24,000 bases of DNA from Sporanaerobacter acetigenes DSM 13106 (GTDB taxonomy: Bacteria > Bacillota > Clostridia > Tissierellales > Sporanaerobacteraceae), in NCBI RefSeq assembly GCF_900130025.1, contig NZ_FQXR01000020.1, positions 12,331-36,330 of the forward strand. The letters run 5' to 3'. The stretch's first letter is position 1. Each line of letters begins with the position of its first letter. This document shows positions 8,865 to 17,778 of this stretch, piece after piece. A program made the translations under genes and the position numbers. The notes under the pieces were generated by a model. The model had not been told where the DNA came from. It saw only the letters and a program-made list of their open reading frames with translations, and made no database searches.

Positions 8865-10589
8865 GTGGAGCTATTAAATTTTAACAAGGCGAACTGTAAG
8901 CATTGCTATAAATGTTTAAGGGTTTGTCCAGTTAAGGCTATAAAATTTAAGAATGACCAAGCAAGTATTGTTGAAGAAAGATGTATTGCTTGTGGTCATT
9001 GCTTTATAGCTTGTCCACAAAATGCAAGGAAAGTTGCAAGTGATTTAAATAGCATAAAATCTGCTATAGAAGATGGTAAAAAAGTGATTGCATCAGTAGC
9101 TCCATCCTATATTGGCGCTTTTCCCATGGAAAGGGGAGAACAGTTAGTTACAGCCTTAAAAAAACTAGGGTTTGTATATGTAGAAGAAACAGCTATAGGA
9201 GCTGATATAGTATCTTCACTATATGAGGAAGAATTGAGTAAAGGAACGAGAAAAAACATAATAACTACTGCTTGTCCTTCAGTGAACCTTTTAATTGAAA
9301 AATATTTTCCTTCTCTTACTAACTATATGCTGCCAATAGTTTCACCAATGTTAGCCCATGGGAAAATGATGAAAGAAACTTATGGATTAGATAGTTTTGT
9401 AGTATTTATTGGACCTTGCATAGCTAAAAAAGTAGAGGCCAATGAGGTACAACATGATGATATTGTTGATGCTGTTCTTACTTTTGAGGAATTAGAAATG
9501 TGGCTTAAAGATGAGAATATAAATTTATCTAAAGAAAAATTTACTCCATTTGATGATAGATCTACTGAAAGAGGTAGGGGCTATCCTATTGATGGCGGAG
9601 TATTGAAGAGTTTTGTTAAGGATAAAGACAATATAAAATATGATATCATAAATGTAGATGGTGTAGAAGAATGTATAGATTTTTTAGAAACACTATCTAG
9701 TGAAAATATAGAAGGCGTTTGTGTGGAAATGAATGCATGTCGTGGTGGATGCGTCAATGGACCAGGTATGCCTAAAAATGATTTAAGTAGATATAGAAGA
9801 GAAAAAAATGTTAAACAATATATAAAGTCAAGAGATAGAAGTTTTACTTATGAAAAGATAAAAGTACCACGAAACATTGATTTTGACAAAGTTTTTATGG
9901 ATAAATCTTTTTATAGGCCAGAAATTACAGAAGAAGATATATTGACAGTACTTAGATCTATAGATAAATACAATGAAGCAGATGAATTAAACTGTAGTGC
10001 TTGTGGATATGCAACATGTAGAGAAAAAGCCCGAGCAGTTTTAGAAGGTATGGCAGAAACAAGTATGTGTCTTCCTTATATGAAGGGGAGGGCTGAAAGA
10101 CTTTCAAACCATATATTTGAAAATAGTCCTAATGCTATATTTGTTATAGATGGAAATTTAAATATTGTTGAGTTTAATCCAGTTTGCGAAAAAGTATTTA
10201 ATGTAAAAGCCAAAGATGTTATAGGTAGCCCAATTTCTATAGTTATTGATGATAATATCTTTGAAAAAGTAAAAGAAACTAGAGAAGATATTATACTACA
10301 AAAAGTATTTTATAAGAAACAAGGAATAGTATTGATTCAAAATATCATCCATATTGAGAATGAGGATGCTATGCTTGTCATTATGACAGATATAACATCA
10401 GCTGAAAAAGATAGAGAAGAACTTGATAGAATAAAGAAAAACACATTGGATGCTGCTCAAGATGTTATAGAAAAACAAATGCGAGTAGCACAAGAAATTG
10501 CAGGACTTCTTGGAGAAACTACTGCAGAAACTAAGGTAGTTCTTACAAAATTAAAAGAGCTAGTCCTCAAAGATGGTGATATTAAATGA
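8865..10589 (+). CDS. putative sensory [FeFe]-hydrogenase with C-terminal PAS domain (HydS / HfsB-like, group C)
   Basis: GTG start 8 nt after GGGAGG. Two CxxCxxCxxxCP ferredoxin motifs. H-domain motifs TTACPS, GPCIAKKVE and EMNACRGGCVNGPG. Extra Cx2Cx4Cx16C motif at C377/C380/C385/C402. PAS-like region at about residues 412-510 and a coiled-coil tail. Confidence 0.85.
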   Translation: MELLNFNKANCKHCYKCLRVCPVKAIKFKNDQASIVEERCIACGHCFIACPQNARKVASDLNSIKSAIEDGKKVIASVAPSYIGAFPMERGEQLVTALKKLGFVYVEETAIGADIVSSLYEEELSKGTRKNIITTACPSVNLLIEKYFPSLTNYMLPIVSPMLAHGKMMKETYGLDSFVVFIGPCIAKKVEANEVQHDDIVDAVLTFEELEMWLKDENINLSKEKFTPFDDRSTERGRGYPIDGGVLKSFVKDKDNIKYDIINVDGVEECIDFLETLSSENIEGVCVEMNACRGGCVNGPGMPKNDLSRYRREKNVKQYIKSRDRSFTYEKIKVPRNIDFDKVFMDKSFYRPEITEEDILTVLRSIDKYNEADELNCSACGYATCREKARAVLEGMAETSMCLPYMKGRAERLSNHIFENSPNAIFVIDGNLNIVEFNPVCEKVFNVKAKDVIGSPISIVIDDNIFEKVKETREDIILQKVFYKKQGIVLIQNIIHIENEDAMLVIMTDITSAEKDREELDRIKKNTLDAAQDVIEKQMRVAQEIAGLLGETTAETKVVLTKLKELVLKDGDIK

Positions 10590-11758
10590 CATATTTTATA
10601 GATATTGCCCATAATAGCTTAAATAAAGATGGCGAGGAACTTTGTGGAGATAAGGTAGAGGTAATAAGAAGAGATAAATCTGCTATAGTAGTCATGGCAG
10701 ATGGACTTGGAAGTGGTGTAAAAGCCAATATACTTTCTACTTTGACATCTAAAATAGCAATTACTATGCTTAAAGAGGGAGCAAGTATTTATGAAACTGT
10801 TGATACAATTATAAATACTCTTCCCGTATGTAAAGTTAGAAAACTTGCTTATTCTACTTTTACTATAGCTGAAATACAGGAAAATGGAGAAGCTTATTTA
10901 GCTGAATATGACAATCCTCCTGTATATTTGCTTAGAGAAGGAAGACTGGTGCCTTTAGAGAGAAGAGAAACAGTCATAAATGGTACTATAGTTAAAGAAA
11001 GCAATTTTCAATTAGAAAAAGGAGATTTACTTGTAATAATAAGTGACGGCGTAGTTCACGCTGGAGTAGGAGGAGTGTTAAATTTGGGTTGGCAGTGGAA
11101 CAACGTAGGTGAATACTTAAATAGAGCTGCTATGAATCAAAAAAGTGCAAGAAAAGTATCTAGAAATTTGATAGATACCTGTCAGTATTTATATATGGAC
11201 AAACCAGGAGATGATACAACAGTGGTGGCAATTAAGATAAGAGATAAAGAAGTAATAGATTTATTCACTGGACCTCCAAAAGATCCACTAAAAGATAAGG
11301 AAGCTGTTGAAAAATTCATGTCAGGTTCAGGCAAGAAGATTGTCTGTGGTGGCACTGCTGCTAAAATAGTTGCCAGGGAACTAGGGAAAAAAGTTATCCC
11401 AAATATGGATTTCATAGATCCAGAGGTGCCTCCAACAGCAGAAATAGATGGAATTGATTTAGTAACTGAAGGAGTACTAACTCTTAGCAAGACCATAGAA
11501 AAAATGAATAGATATATTGATTCACCCTATAAAGACAATTTGTTTGAGAGCTTTGACAAAGAAGATGGGGCTTCAAGATTGGCAAGATTGTTGATTGAAG
11601 ACTGTACTCATCTGAATTTGTGGGTTGGAAAGGCTGTAAATCCAGCACATCAGAATCCTGACTTTCCTATAGATTTAAGTATCAAGTTAAAAGTAGTAAA
11701 TGAACTTATTAAAACCATGGAAAAACTAGGGACAAAGGTCAGTCTCACTTATATATAG
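10586..11758 (+). CDS. PP2C/SpoIIE-family serine phosphatase with uncharacterised C-terminal domain (HfsC-like)
   Basis: ATGA overlap with the sensor gene. Contains MADGLGSGVKA, ISDGVVHAG and GDDTTVVAI Asp-containing PP2C/SpoIIE motifs. About 165 aa of C-terminal sequence has no motif I recognise. Confidence 0.8.
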   Translation: MTYFIDIAHNSLNKDGEELCGDKVEVIRRDKSAIVVMADGLGSGVKANILSTLTSKIAITMLKEGASIYETVDTIINTLPVCKVRKLAYSTFTIAEIQENGEAYLAEYDNPPVYLLREGRLVPLERRETVINGTIVKESNFQLEKGDLLVIISDGVVHAGVGGVLNLGWQWNNVGEYLNRAAMNQKSARKVSRNLIDTCQYLYMDKPGDDTTVVAIKIRDKEVIDLFTGPPKDPLKDKEAVEKFMSGSGKKIVCGGTAAKIVARELGKKVIPNMDFIDPEVPPTAEIDGIDLVTEGVLTLSKTIEKMNRYIDSPYKDNLFESFDKEDGASRLARLLIEDCTHLNLWVGKAVNPAHQNPDFPIDLSIKLKVVNELIKTMEKLGTKVSLTYI

Positions 11759-11773
11759 AAAAGGAGTGGAGAA

Positions 11774-13240
11774 ATGGAAAGAGTAAGAAAATTTGAAAGT
11801 GATGTTCAATTGATCAAATATGAAGTATTGAGAGAAGTAGCAAAATTAGCAATGGAAGGTACACTTGAAGAAAAAAAAGATGATATTCAATATGTAATAG
11901 ATCCAGGACCAGAACCACGTACTAGATGTTGCATTTATAAAGAAAGGGAAATAACAAAAGAAAGAGTTAAATTGGCTATGGGTGGGGATAAGGATATAAA
12001 AGGCATTGTAGAAGTATTAGAAGTTGCATGTGATAAGTGTCCTCTAAATAGGTTTTTTGTGACAGAAGCTTGTAGAGGATGCTTAGCTCATAGATGTTCT
12101 GAGGCTTGCCCAAGAGGGGCTATTCATCATATAAATGGCAGAGCTTATATAGATCAAGAGAAATGTATTGAATGTGGAAGATGTAAAGAGGCTTGTCCTT
12201 ACAATGCTATAGCAGATGTTATGAGACCTTGTAGAAGAGCTTGTCCTGCAGGAGCTATTTCTTTTGATGATTCTAAAAAAGCAGTTATCAATTATGAAAA
12301 ATGTATACAATGTGGTGCTTGTATTATTCAATGTCCTTTTGGAGCAATAATGGATAAGTCTTTTATAGTAGATGTAATTGAACTTCTAAAAGAAACTAAA
12401 AAAAATGATGATATTCATGTTTATGCTGCTATAGCACCAGCTATATCTAGTCAATTTACCTATGCAAAGATAGAGCAAGTAGTTTGCGGAATTAAGAAAT
12501 TAGGTTTCCATGACGTAGTTGAAGTGGCATTAGGTGCAGATATGGTAGGACTTCATGAAGCCAAAGAATTTGCTGAAACTGTAGAGGAAAAGGGAATAGT
12601 TACCACATCGTGTTGTCCAGCATTTGTTTCTTATATAAAGAAAAATTATCCTGAATTGGAGGATAAAATTTCAAATACAGTTTCACCTATGATTGCTATA
12701 TCAAGACTCATAAAACATATTGATCCTAAGGCTAAAATAGTTTTCATAGGGCCTTGCGTAGCTAAAAAAGGTGAAATAATGGAAGAAGAATTAAAAGGTG
12801 ATACAGATTATGTATTAACTTTTGAAGAATTAGCTGCTATGCTTGATGCTGCAGAAATTGATTTGGAAAATTGTAATGACGGAGAATTAAACAATGCTTC
12901 ATACTATGGAAGAATATTTGCGAGAAGTGGTGGAGTGACAGAAGCAGTAGCACATACAATTGAATCAAAGGGCATAGATACTGACTTTAGGCCAGTTAAA
13001 TGTGATGGTATAAAAGAATGTGACAAGGCACTTAAGATGGCCAAAGTAAATAGATTGAATGGAAACTTTATTGAAGGAATGGCTTGTGTTGGAGGATGTA
13101 TTGCAGGACCTGCAAGCTTACATCATGGGCCAAAAGATAAAAATGAAGTAGATAAATACGGAAAACTTGCTATTGAAGAAGATATAAATAGTTCTTTAAG
13201 AATATTTGAAGTTCAAGATATAAATTTAGATAGAAAATAA
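11774..13240 (+). CDS. [FeFe]-hydrogenase, catalytic-type H-domain with multiple 4Fe-4S motifs (HfsD-like, group B-like)
   Basis: CIECGRCKEACP, CIQCGACIIQCP and additional Cys motifs. H-cluster motifs TTSCCPAF, GPCVAKKGE and EGMACVGGCIAGP retain the Cys-Cys and Met positions. Confidence 0.85.
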   Translation: MERVRKFESDVQLIKYEVLREVAKLAMEGTLEEKKDDIQYVIDPGPEPRTRCCIYKEREITKERVKLAMGGDKDIKGIVEVLEVACDKCPLNRFFVTEACRGCLAHRCSEACPRGAIHHINGRAYIDQEKCIECGRCKEACPYNAIADVMRPCRRACPAGAISFDDSKKAVINYEKCIQCGACIIQCPFGAIMDKSFIVDVIELLKETKKNDDIHVYAAIAPAISSQFTYAKIEQVVCGIKKLGFHDVVEVALGADMVGLHEAKEFAETVEEKGIVTTSCCPAFVSYIKKNYPELEDKISNTVSPMIAISRLIKHIDPKAKIVFIGPCVAKKGEIMEEELKGDTDYVLTFEELAAMLDAAEIDLENCNDGELNNASYYGRIFARSGGVTEAVAHTIESKGIDTDFRPVKCDGIKECDKALKMAKVNRLNGNFIEGMACVGGCIAGPASLHHGPKDKNEVDKYGKLAIEEDINSSLRIFEVQDINLDRK

Positions 13241-13294
13241 TTATTTATATATATCTTTTAATTTATAGTTAAATTTGACATTTTAGTGTATAAT

Positions 13295-13362
13295 AAAGCC
13301 AAGATGCCGAACTGCCATTTTCTAAATTATAGGTTTGACAGTTCGGGTCTTTAGGTTTTTTT
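13295..13362 (+). terminator. long imperfect hairpin plus T-run; probable terminator of the hydrogenase operon
   Basis: Core CCGAACTG (13307-13314)/CAGTTCGG (13339-13346), extended by AAGA/TCTT and CC/GG. The T-run at 13356-13362 pairs back to AAA 13295-13297. The 24-nt loop is atypically large. Confidence 0.45.
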
Positions 13363-13465
13363 ATCTATCTAGCAATTTTTATAAAACACCTTTAATTCTA
13401 ATTGGTTATAAAAAACCCTTTAAGGGTAAAAATATAAATAATATATAGGAAGGAGTTGGTTTTAA

Positions 13466-14557
13466 ATGGAAACAAAAAAAACCCCACTATATGATGAACA
13501 TGTAAAACTTGGTGGTAAGATTGTTGATTATGCAGGATGGTTTCTTCCTGTGCAATATGAAGGAATTTTGGCTGAACATGAAGCAGTAAGAACTAAAGCA
13601 GGAATGTTTGATGTGTCTCATATGGGTGAAGTAATGGTTAGAGGAAAAGAAGCTTTAAACTATTTACAATATTTATTGACAAATGATATTGGGGTATTAG
13701 AAAACAACCAAGTAGTATATACCTTTATGTGCTATCCTGATGGTGGTGTAGTAGATGATTTATTAACATATAAAATTAATGATGAAGAATTTTTATTGGT
13801 TATTAATGCATCAAATGTAGATAAGGATTTTAAATGGATGCAAGATAATGTAAAAGATTTTGACGTAGTAGCAGAAAACATATCTGATGAAGTTGGGGAA
13901 GTTGCACTTCAAGGACCAAATGCTGAAAAGATACTTTCTAAATTGACAGATGAAAATCTTTCTGATATCAAATTTTTCCATTTCAAAAAAGATATAATTG
14001 TAGCTGGTACTAAATGTTTAGTTTCAAGAACTGGATATACAGGTGAAGATGGATTTGAAATTTACACATCAAGAGAAGGAATTGTAAAAGTTTGGAATAG
14101 CATATTAGAAGCTGGAGAAGAATATGGAATTAAACCAACTGGACTAGGATGTAGAGATACTTTAAGATTTGAAGCAGGACTTCCACTTTATGGTCATGAA
14201 ATATCTCAAGATATATCTCCAATACAAGGAGGATTTAAATTCTTCGTAAAACTTGACAAAGATGACTTTATAGGAAAAGATGCATTGGTTTTACAAAATG
14301 AGAACCTTACAAAAAAAGTAGTAGGATTTGAATTGTTAGGGAAAGGTATTCCAAGAGAAGGATATGATGTAGTTGTAGATGGGGAAAAGATTGGATATGT
14401 AGCAACAGGATATTTTGCTCCAACTCTAAAGAAAAACATAGGGACAGCTCTAGTAGATATTGAATATTCGAAAAAAGGAACTGAATTTGAAGTTATGATA
14501 AGAAACAAACCTGTTAAAGCTCAAGTAATAGATAAAAGATTTTATAAAAGAAAATAA
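13466..14557 (+). CDS. gcvT: glycine cleavage system aminomethyltransferase (T protein)
   Basis: TPLYDEHVKLGGKIVDYAGWFLPVQY...AGMFDVSHMGE...RDTLRFEAGLPLYGHE is canonical GcvT. Confidence 0.96.
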   Translation: METKKTPLYDEHVKLGGKIVDYAGWFLPVQYEGILAEHEAVRTKAGMFDVSHMGEVMVRGKEALNYLQYLLTNDIGVLENNQVVYTFMCYPDGGVVDDLLTYKINDEEFLLVINASNVDKDFKWMQDNVKDFDVVAENISDEVGEVALQGPNAEKILSKLTDENLSDIKFFHFKKDIIVAGTKCLVSRTGYTGEDGFEIYTSREGIVKVWNSILEAGEEYGIKPTGLGCRDTLRFEAGLPLYGHEISQDISPIQGGFKFFVKLDKDDFIGKDALVLQNENLTKKVVGFELLGKGIPREGYDVVVDGEKIGYVATGYFAPTLKKNIGTALVDIEYSKKGTEFEVMIRNKPVKAQVIDKRFYKRK

Positions 14558-14595
14558 ATTTAAAAAACAAAATAAATTTTAAGGAGGTAATTTTA

Positions 14596-14979
14596 ATGAA
14601 AGTTTTAAAAGATTTATTGTATACAAAAGACCATGAATGGATAAAGGTTGATGGAAATAAGGCTTATGTAGGAGTTGCAGATTATGCACAAGATCAATTA
14701 GGAGATATTGTATATGTAGAATTGCCTGACGTAGATGATGGATTTGAAATTGAAGAAGCTTTTGGAGCAGTTGAATCTGTTAAGGCTGCTGCAGATATAT
14801 ATATGCCAGTTGGTGGCAAAGTATTAGAAATAAATGAAGCATTGGAAGATGATCCAAGTTTATTGAATCAAGATCCTTATGAAAATTGGATGATATTGAT
14901 TGAATTGAGTGATGTAAGTCAATTAGATGATTTAATGAATGCGAAAGATTATGAGAAATACCTTGAAGAGGAGGCATAA
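14596..14979 (+). CDS. gcvH: glycine cleavage system H protein (lipoyl carrier)
   Basis: [30 protein letters not shown] and the lipoyl-lysine motif VESVKAA. Confidence 0.96.
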   Translation: MKVLKDLLYTKDHEWIKVDGNKAYVGVADYAQDQLGDIVYVELPDVDDGFEIEEAFGAVESVKAAADIYMPVGGKVLEINEALEDDPSLLNQDPYENWMILIELSDVSQLDDLMNAKDYEKYLEEEA

Positions 14980-14980
14980 T

Positions 14981-16327
14981 ATGTATCCTTACATCCCTAA
15001 TACAAGTGATGATGAAAAGAAGATGCTCGAGACTATCGGAGCCAAATCTATAGAAGATCTTTTTAATGATATTCCAGATGAAGTAAAGTTAAATAGGCCT
15101 TTAAACTTAGAAAGTTCAAAATCTGAATTAGAGGTTAGAAATATACTTACGAAATTGTCAAAGGAAAATAAAACTGTAAATGATCTTACTTGCTTTTTAG
15201 GGGCAGGAGCTTATGACCACTATATACCATCAGTAGTTAATCATGTTATATCTAGAAGTGAATTTTATACATCCTATACACCTTATCAAGCAGAGATAAG
15301 CCAAGGAACTCTTCAATATATATTTGAATATCAAACTCTTATAGCTAATTTGACAGGTATGGATGTTTCAAATGCTTCACTATATGATGTAGGTTCTGGT
15401 TTAGGAGAAGCGGCTATTATGGCTACAAGTATTACTAGAAAAAATGAAATAGTTGTTTCTAAAACTGTTAATCCAGATGCTATAAGAGTACTTAAAACTT
15501 ATGCTCATGTTCAAGGAATGAAAGTCATTGAAATAGATGATTTGGATGGAACTACTAATTTAGAAGAATTAGAAAAAAATGTAGGTGAAAACACAGCTGC
15601 AGTTATGGTTCAAAATCCAAACTTCTTTGGAATAATAGAAGATGTAAAAGCTATTGAAGAAATAACTCATAAGCAAAAGAAAGCTATGCTTGTTGTAAGT
15701 GTAGATCCTATATCATTAGGTATATTAAAATCTCCTGGTGAATTAGGAGCAGATATTGTTGTTGGAGAAGGGCAGCCTTTAGGAATACCACTTAGTTTTG
15801 GTGGACCTTATTTAGGATTTATTGCAACTACACAAAAACACATGAGAAAATTGTCAGGAAGAATTGTAGGAGAATCCGTTGATGTAGATGGAAACAGGGC
15901 TTTTGTACTTACACTTCAAGCGAGAGAACAACACATAAGAAGAGAGAAAGCATCTTCCAATATTTGTTCCAATCAAGGAATAAACACTCTTGCAAGTGCT
16001 GTATATATGGTTGCTATGGGCAAAAAAGGATTAAAAGAAGTTGCTGTTCAAAGTACAGCAAAAGCTCATTATGCGCATAAGAGCATGATAAGTACAGGAA
16101 AATACAAACCATTATTTGACAAACCTTTCTTTAAGGAATTTGCTATAACAAGTGAAATACCTGGAGAAAATGTAAATGAAGCATTGCTTAAGGAAGATAT
16201 ACTAGGAGGTTTCCTATTAAATAAATATTATCCCCAATATGAAAATGGAATTCTCTATTGTGTTACAGAAAAGAGAACCAAAGGTGAAATTGATAAATTA
16301 GTAAATGTATTGGAGGGGATAAAATGA
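14981..16327 (+). CDS. gcvPA: glycine dehydrogenase (decarboxylating) subunit 1 (P protein alpha)
   Basis: Start moved from the track's 14939 to ATG 14981 (MYPYIPNT...). GAGGAGG sits 6 nt upstream, and the earlier start would overlap 41 nt of gcvH. The [13 protein letters not shown] motif is present. Confidence 0.93.
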   Translation: MYPYIPNTSDDEKKMLETIGAKSIEDLFNDIPDEVKLNRPLNLESSKSELEVRNILTKLSKENKTVNDLTCFLGAGAYDHYIPSVVNHVISRSEFYTSYTPYQAEISQGTLQYIFEYQTLIANLTGMDVSNASLYDVGSGLGEAAIMATSITRKNEIVVSKTVNPDAIRVLKTYAHVQGMKVIEIDDLDGTTNLEELEKNVGENTAAVMVQNPNFFGIIEDVKAIEEITHKQKKAMLVVSVDPISLGILKSPGELGADIVVGEGQPLGIPLSFGGPYLGFIATTQKHMRKLSGRIVGESVDVDGNRAFVLTLQAREQHIRREKASSNICSNQGINTLASAVYMVAMGKKGLKEVAVQSTAKAHYAHKSMISTGKYKPLFDKPFFKEFAITSEIPGENVNEALLKEDILGGFLLNKYYPQYENGILYCVTEKRTKGEIDKLVNVLEGIK

Positions 16328-17778
16328 AAAAGTATGATAAGTTAATTTTCGAACTTTCAACACCAGGGAGAGTAGGGTATACTCTTCCAGAATTGGACGT
16401 AGAAGAAAGTGATATCAATGAATTTATTCCAACCGAATATTTAAGAAGTGAAGAACTTAATTTTCCAGAAGTAAGTGAAGTAGACATCATAAGGCATTAT
16501 ACCAATTTGTCAAATAAAAACTATGGAGTTGATACGGGATTTTATCCATTAGGTTCTTGTACAATGAAATACAATCCGAAAATCAATGAAGATATGGCAA
16601 GACTTGATGGATTTACAAATATTCATCCTTATCAACCAGAAGAAACAGTACAGGGAGCATTGAATCTTATGTACAATTTGGAAAAATCCTTATGTGAAAT
16701 TACTGGAATGGAGAGGGTTACACTTCAACCAGCAGCAGGTGCTCATGGGGAACTTACTGGTTTGATGCTTATCAAAGCATATCATGAAAATAGAGGAGAC
16801 ACTAAACGTACTAAAATAATAGTACCAGATTCAGCTCATGGAACAAACCCAGCTAGTTCAGTAATGGCAGGATTTGAAGTAATAGAGATAAAATCCAATG
16901 AAAATGGATTGGTAGATATAGAGAGCCTAAAAGAGGCTTTGAGTGATGAAGTAGCAGGTTTAATGCTTACTAATCCAAATACATTAGGCTTGTTTGAAAA
17001 GGATATAAAAGAAATTGCAAGACTTGTTCATGATTGTGGAGGACTACTATATTATGATGGTGCCAATGCCAATGCAATCATGGGTATCACAAGACCTGGA
17101 GATATGGGTTTTGATGTAGTTCACTTGAATTTACACAAGACTTTTTCTACACCTCATGGTGGAGGAGGACCAGGAAGTGGACCAGTAGGAGTTAAGAGTC
17201 AATTGGTTGAATTTTTACCTGTACCTATAGTAGAAAAAGATGGAGATAGATATTATCTTGAATACGATATACCAAATACTATAGGGAAAGTTAAAGATTT
17301 CTATGGACATTTTGGAGTATTGGTAAAAGCCTATACTTATATTTTGACTATGGGCAGCGATGGACTCAAGAAAGCTAGTGAAATGGCTGTATTGAATGCC
17401 AATTATTTAGCAGCTTCATTGAAGGAAGACTACTATCTTCCAATAGAAAGAACATGTAAGCATGAATTTGTGCTAGGTGGTTTAAAAGAAGAAACTTTAG
17501 ATGTAGCTACTCTAGATGTAGCTAAGAGACTTCTTGATTTTGGTTTCCATCCACCAACAGTATATTTCCCACTTATTGTTCATGAAGCTATAATGGTTGA
17601 GCCTACAGAATCAGAAAGTATAGAATCACTAGATGAATTTGTAAAGGCTATGAAAGAAATAGCTAAGGAAGCTAGAGAAAATCCAGAGATACTGAAAGAA
17701 GCACCTCATGATACTCCTGTAAGGAGAATAGATGAAACGAGGGCAGCGAGAAATCCAATACTTAAATACGAAGGGTAG
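16324..17778 (+). CDS. gcvPB: glycine dehydrogenase (decarboxylating) subunit 2 (P protein beta, PLP-binding)
   Basis: ATGA overlap with gcvPA. Contains [10 protein letters not shown] and the PLP-lysine region [18 protein letters not shown]. Confidence 0.96.
   Translation: MKKYDKLIFELSTPGRVGYTLPELDVEESDINEFIPTEYLRSEELNFPEVSEVDIIRHYTNLSNKNYGVDTGFYPLGSCTMKYNPKINEDMARLDGFTNIHPYQPEETVQGALNLMYNLEKSLCEITGMERVTLQPAAGAHGELTGLMLIKAYHENRGDTKRTKIIVPDSAHGTNPASSVMAGFEVIEIKSNENGLVDIESLKEALSDEVAGLMLTNPNTLGLFEKDIKEIARLVHDCGGLLYYDGANANAIMGITRPGDMGFDVVHLNLHKTFSTPHGGGGPGSGPVGVKSQLVEFLPVPIVEKDGDRYYLEYDIPNTIGKVKDFYGHFGVLVKAYTYILTMGSDGLKKASEMAVLNANYLAASLKEDYYLPIERTCKHEFVLGGLKEETLDVATLDVAKRLLDFGFHPPTVYFPLIVHEAIMVEPTESESIESLDEFVKAMKEIAKEARENPEILKEAPHDTPVRRIDETRAARNPILKYEG

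Noticed and set aside
13304-13354. 16-codon ORF (MPNCHFLNYRFDSSGL) inside the hairpin upstream of gcvT
   Set aside because: There is no SD sequence. It coincides with the stem-loop and is most likely non-coding.
14939-14980. 14-codon N-terminal extension of gcvPA in the ORF track ([14 protein letters not shown])
   Set aside because: It lies entirely within the 3' end of gcvH, in another frame and with no RBS. ATG 14981 has GAGGAGG upstream and gives the conserved MYPYIPNT start.
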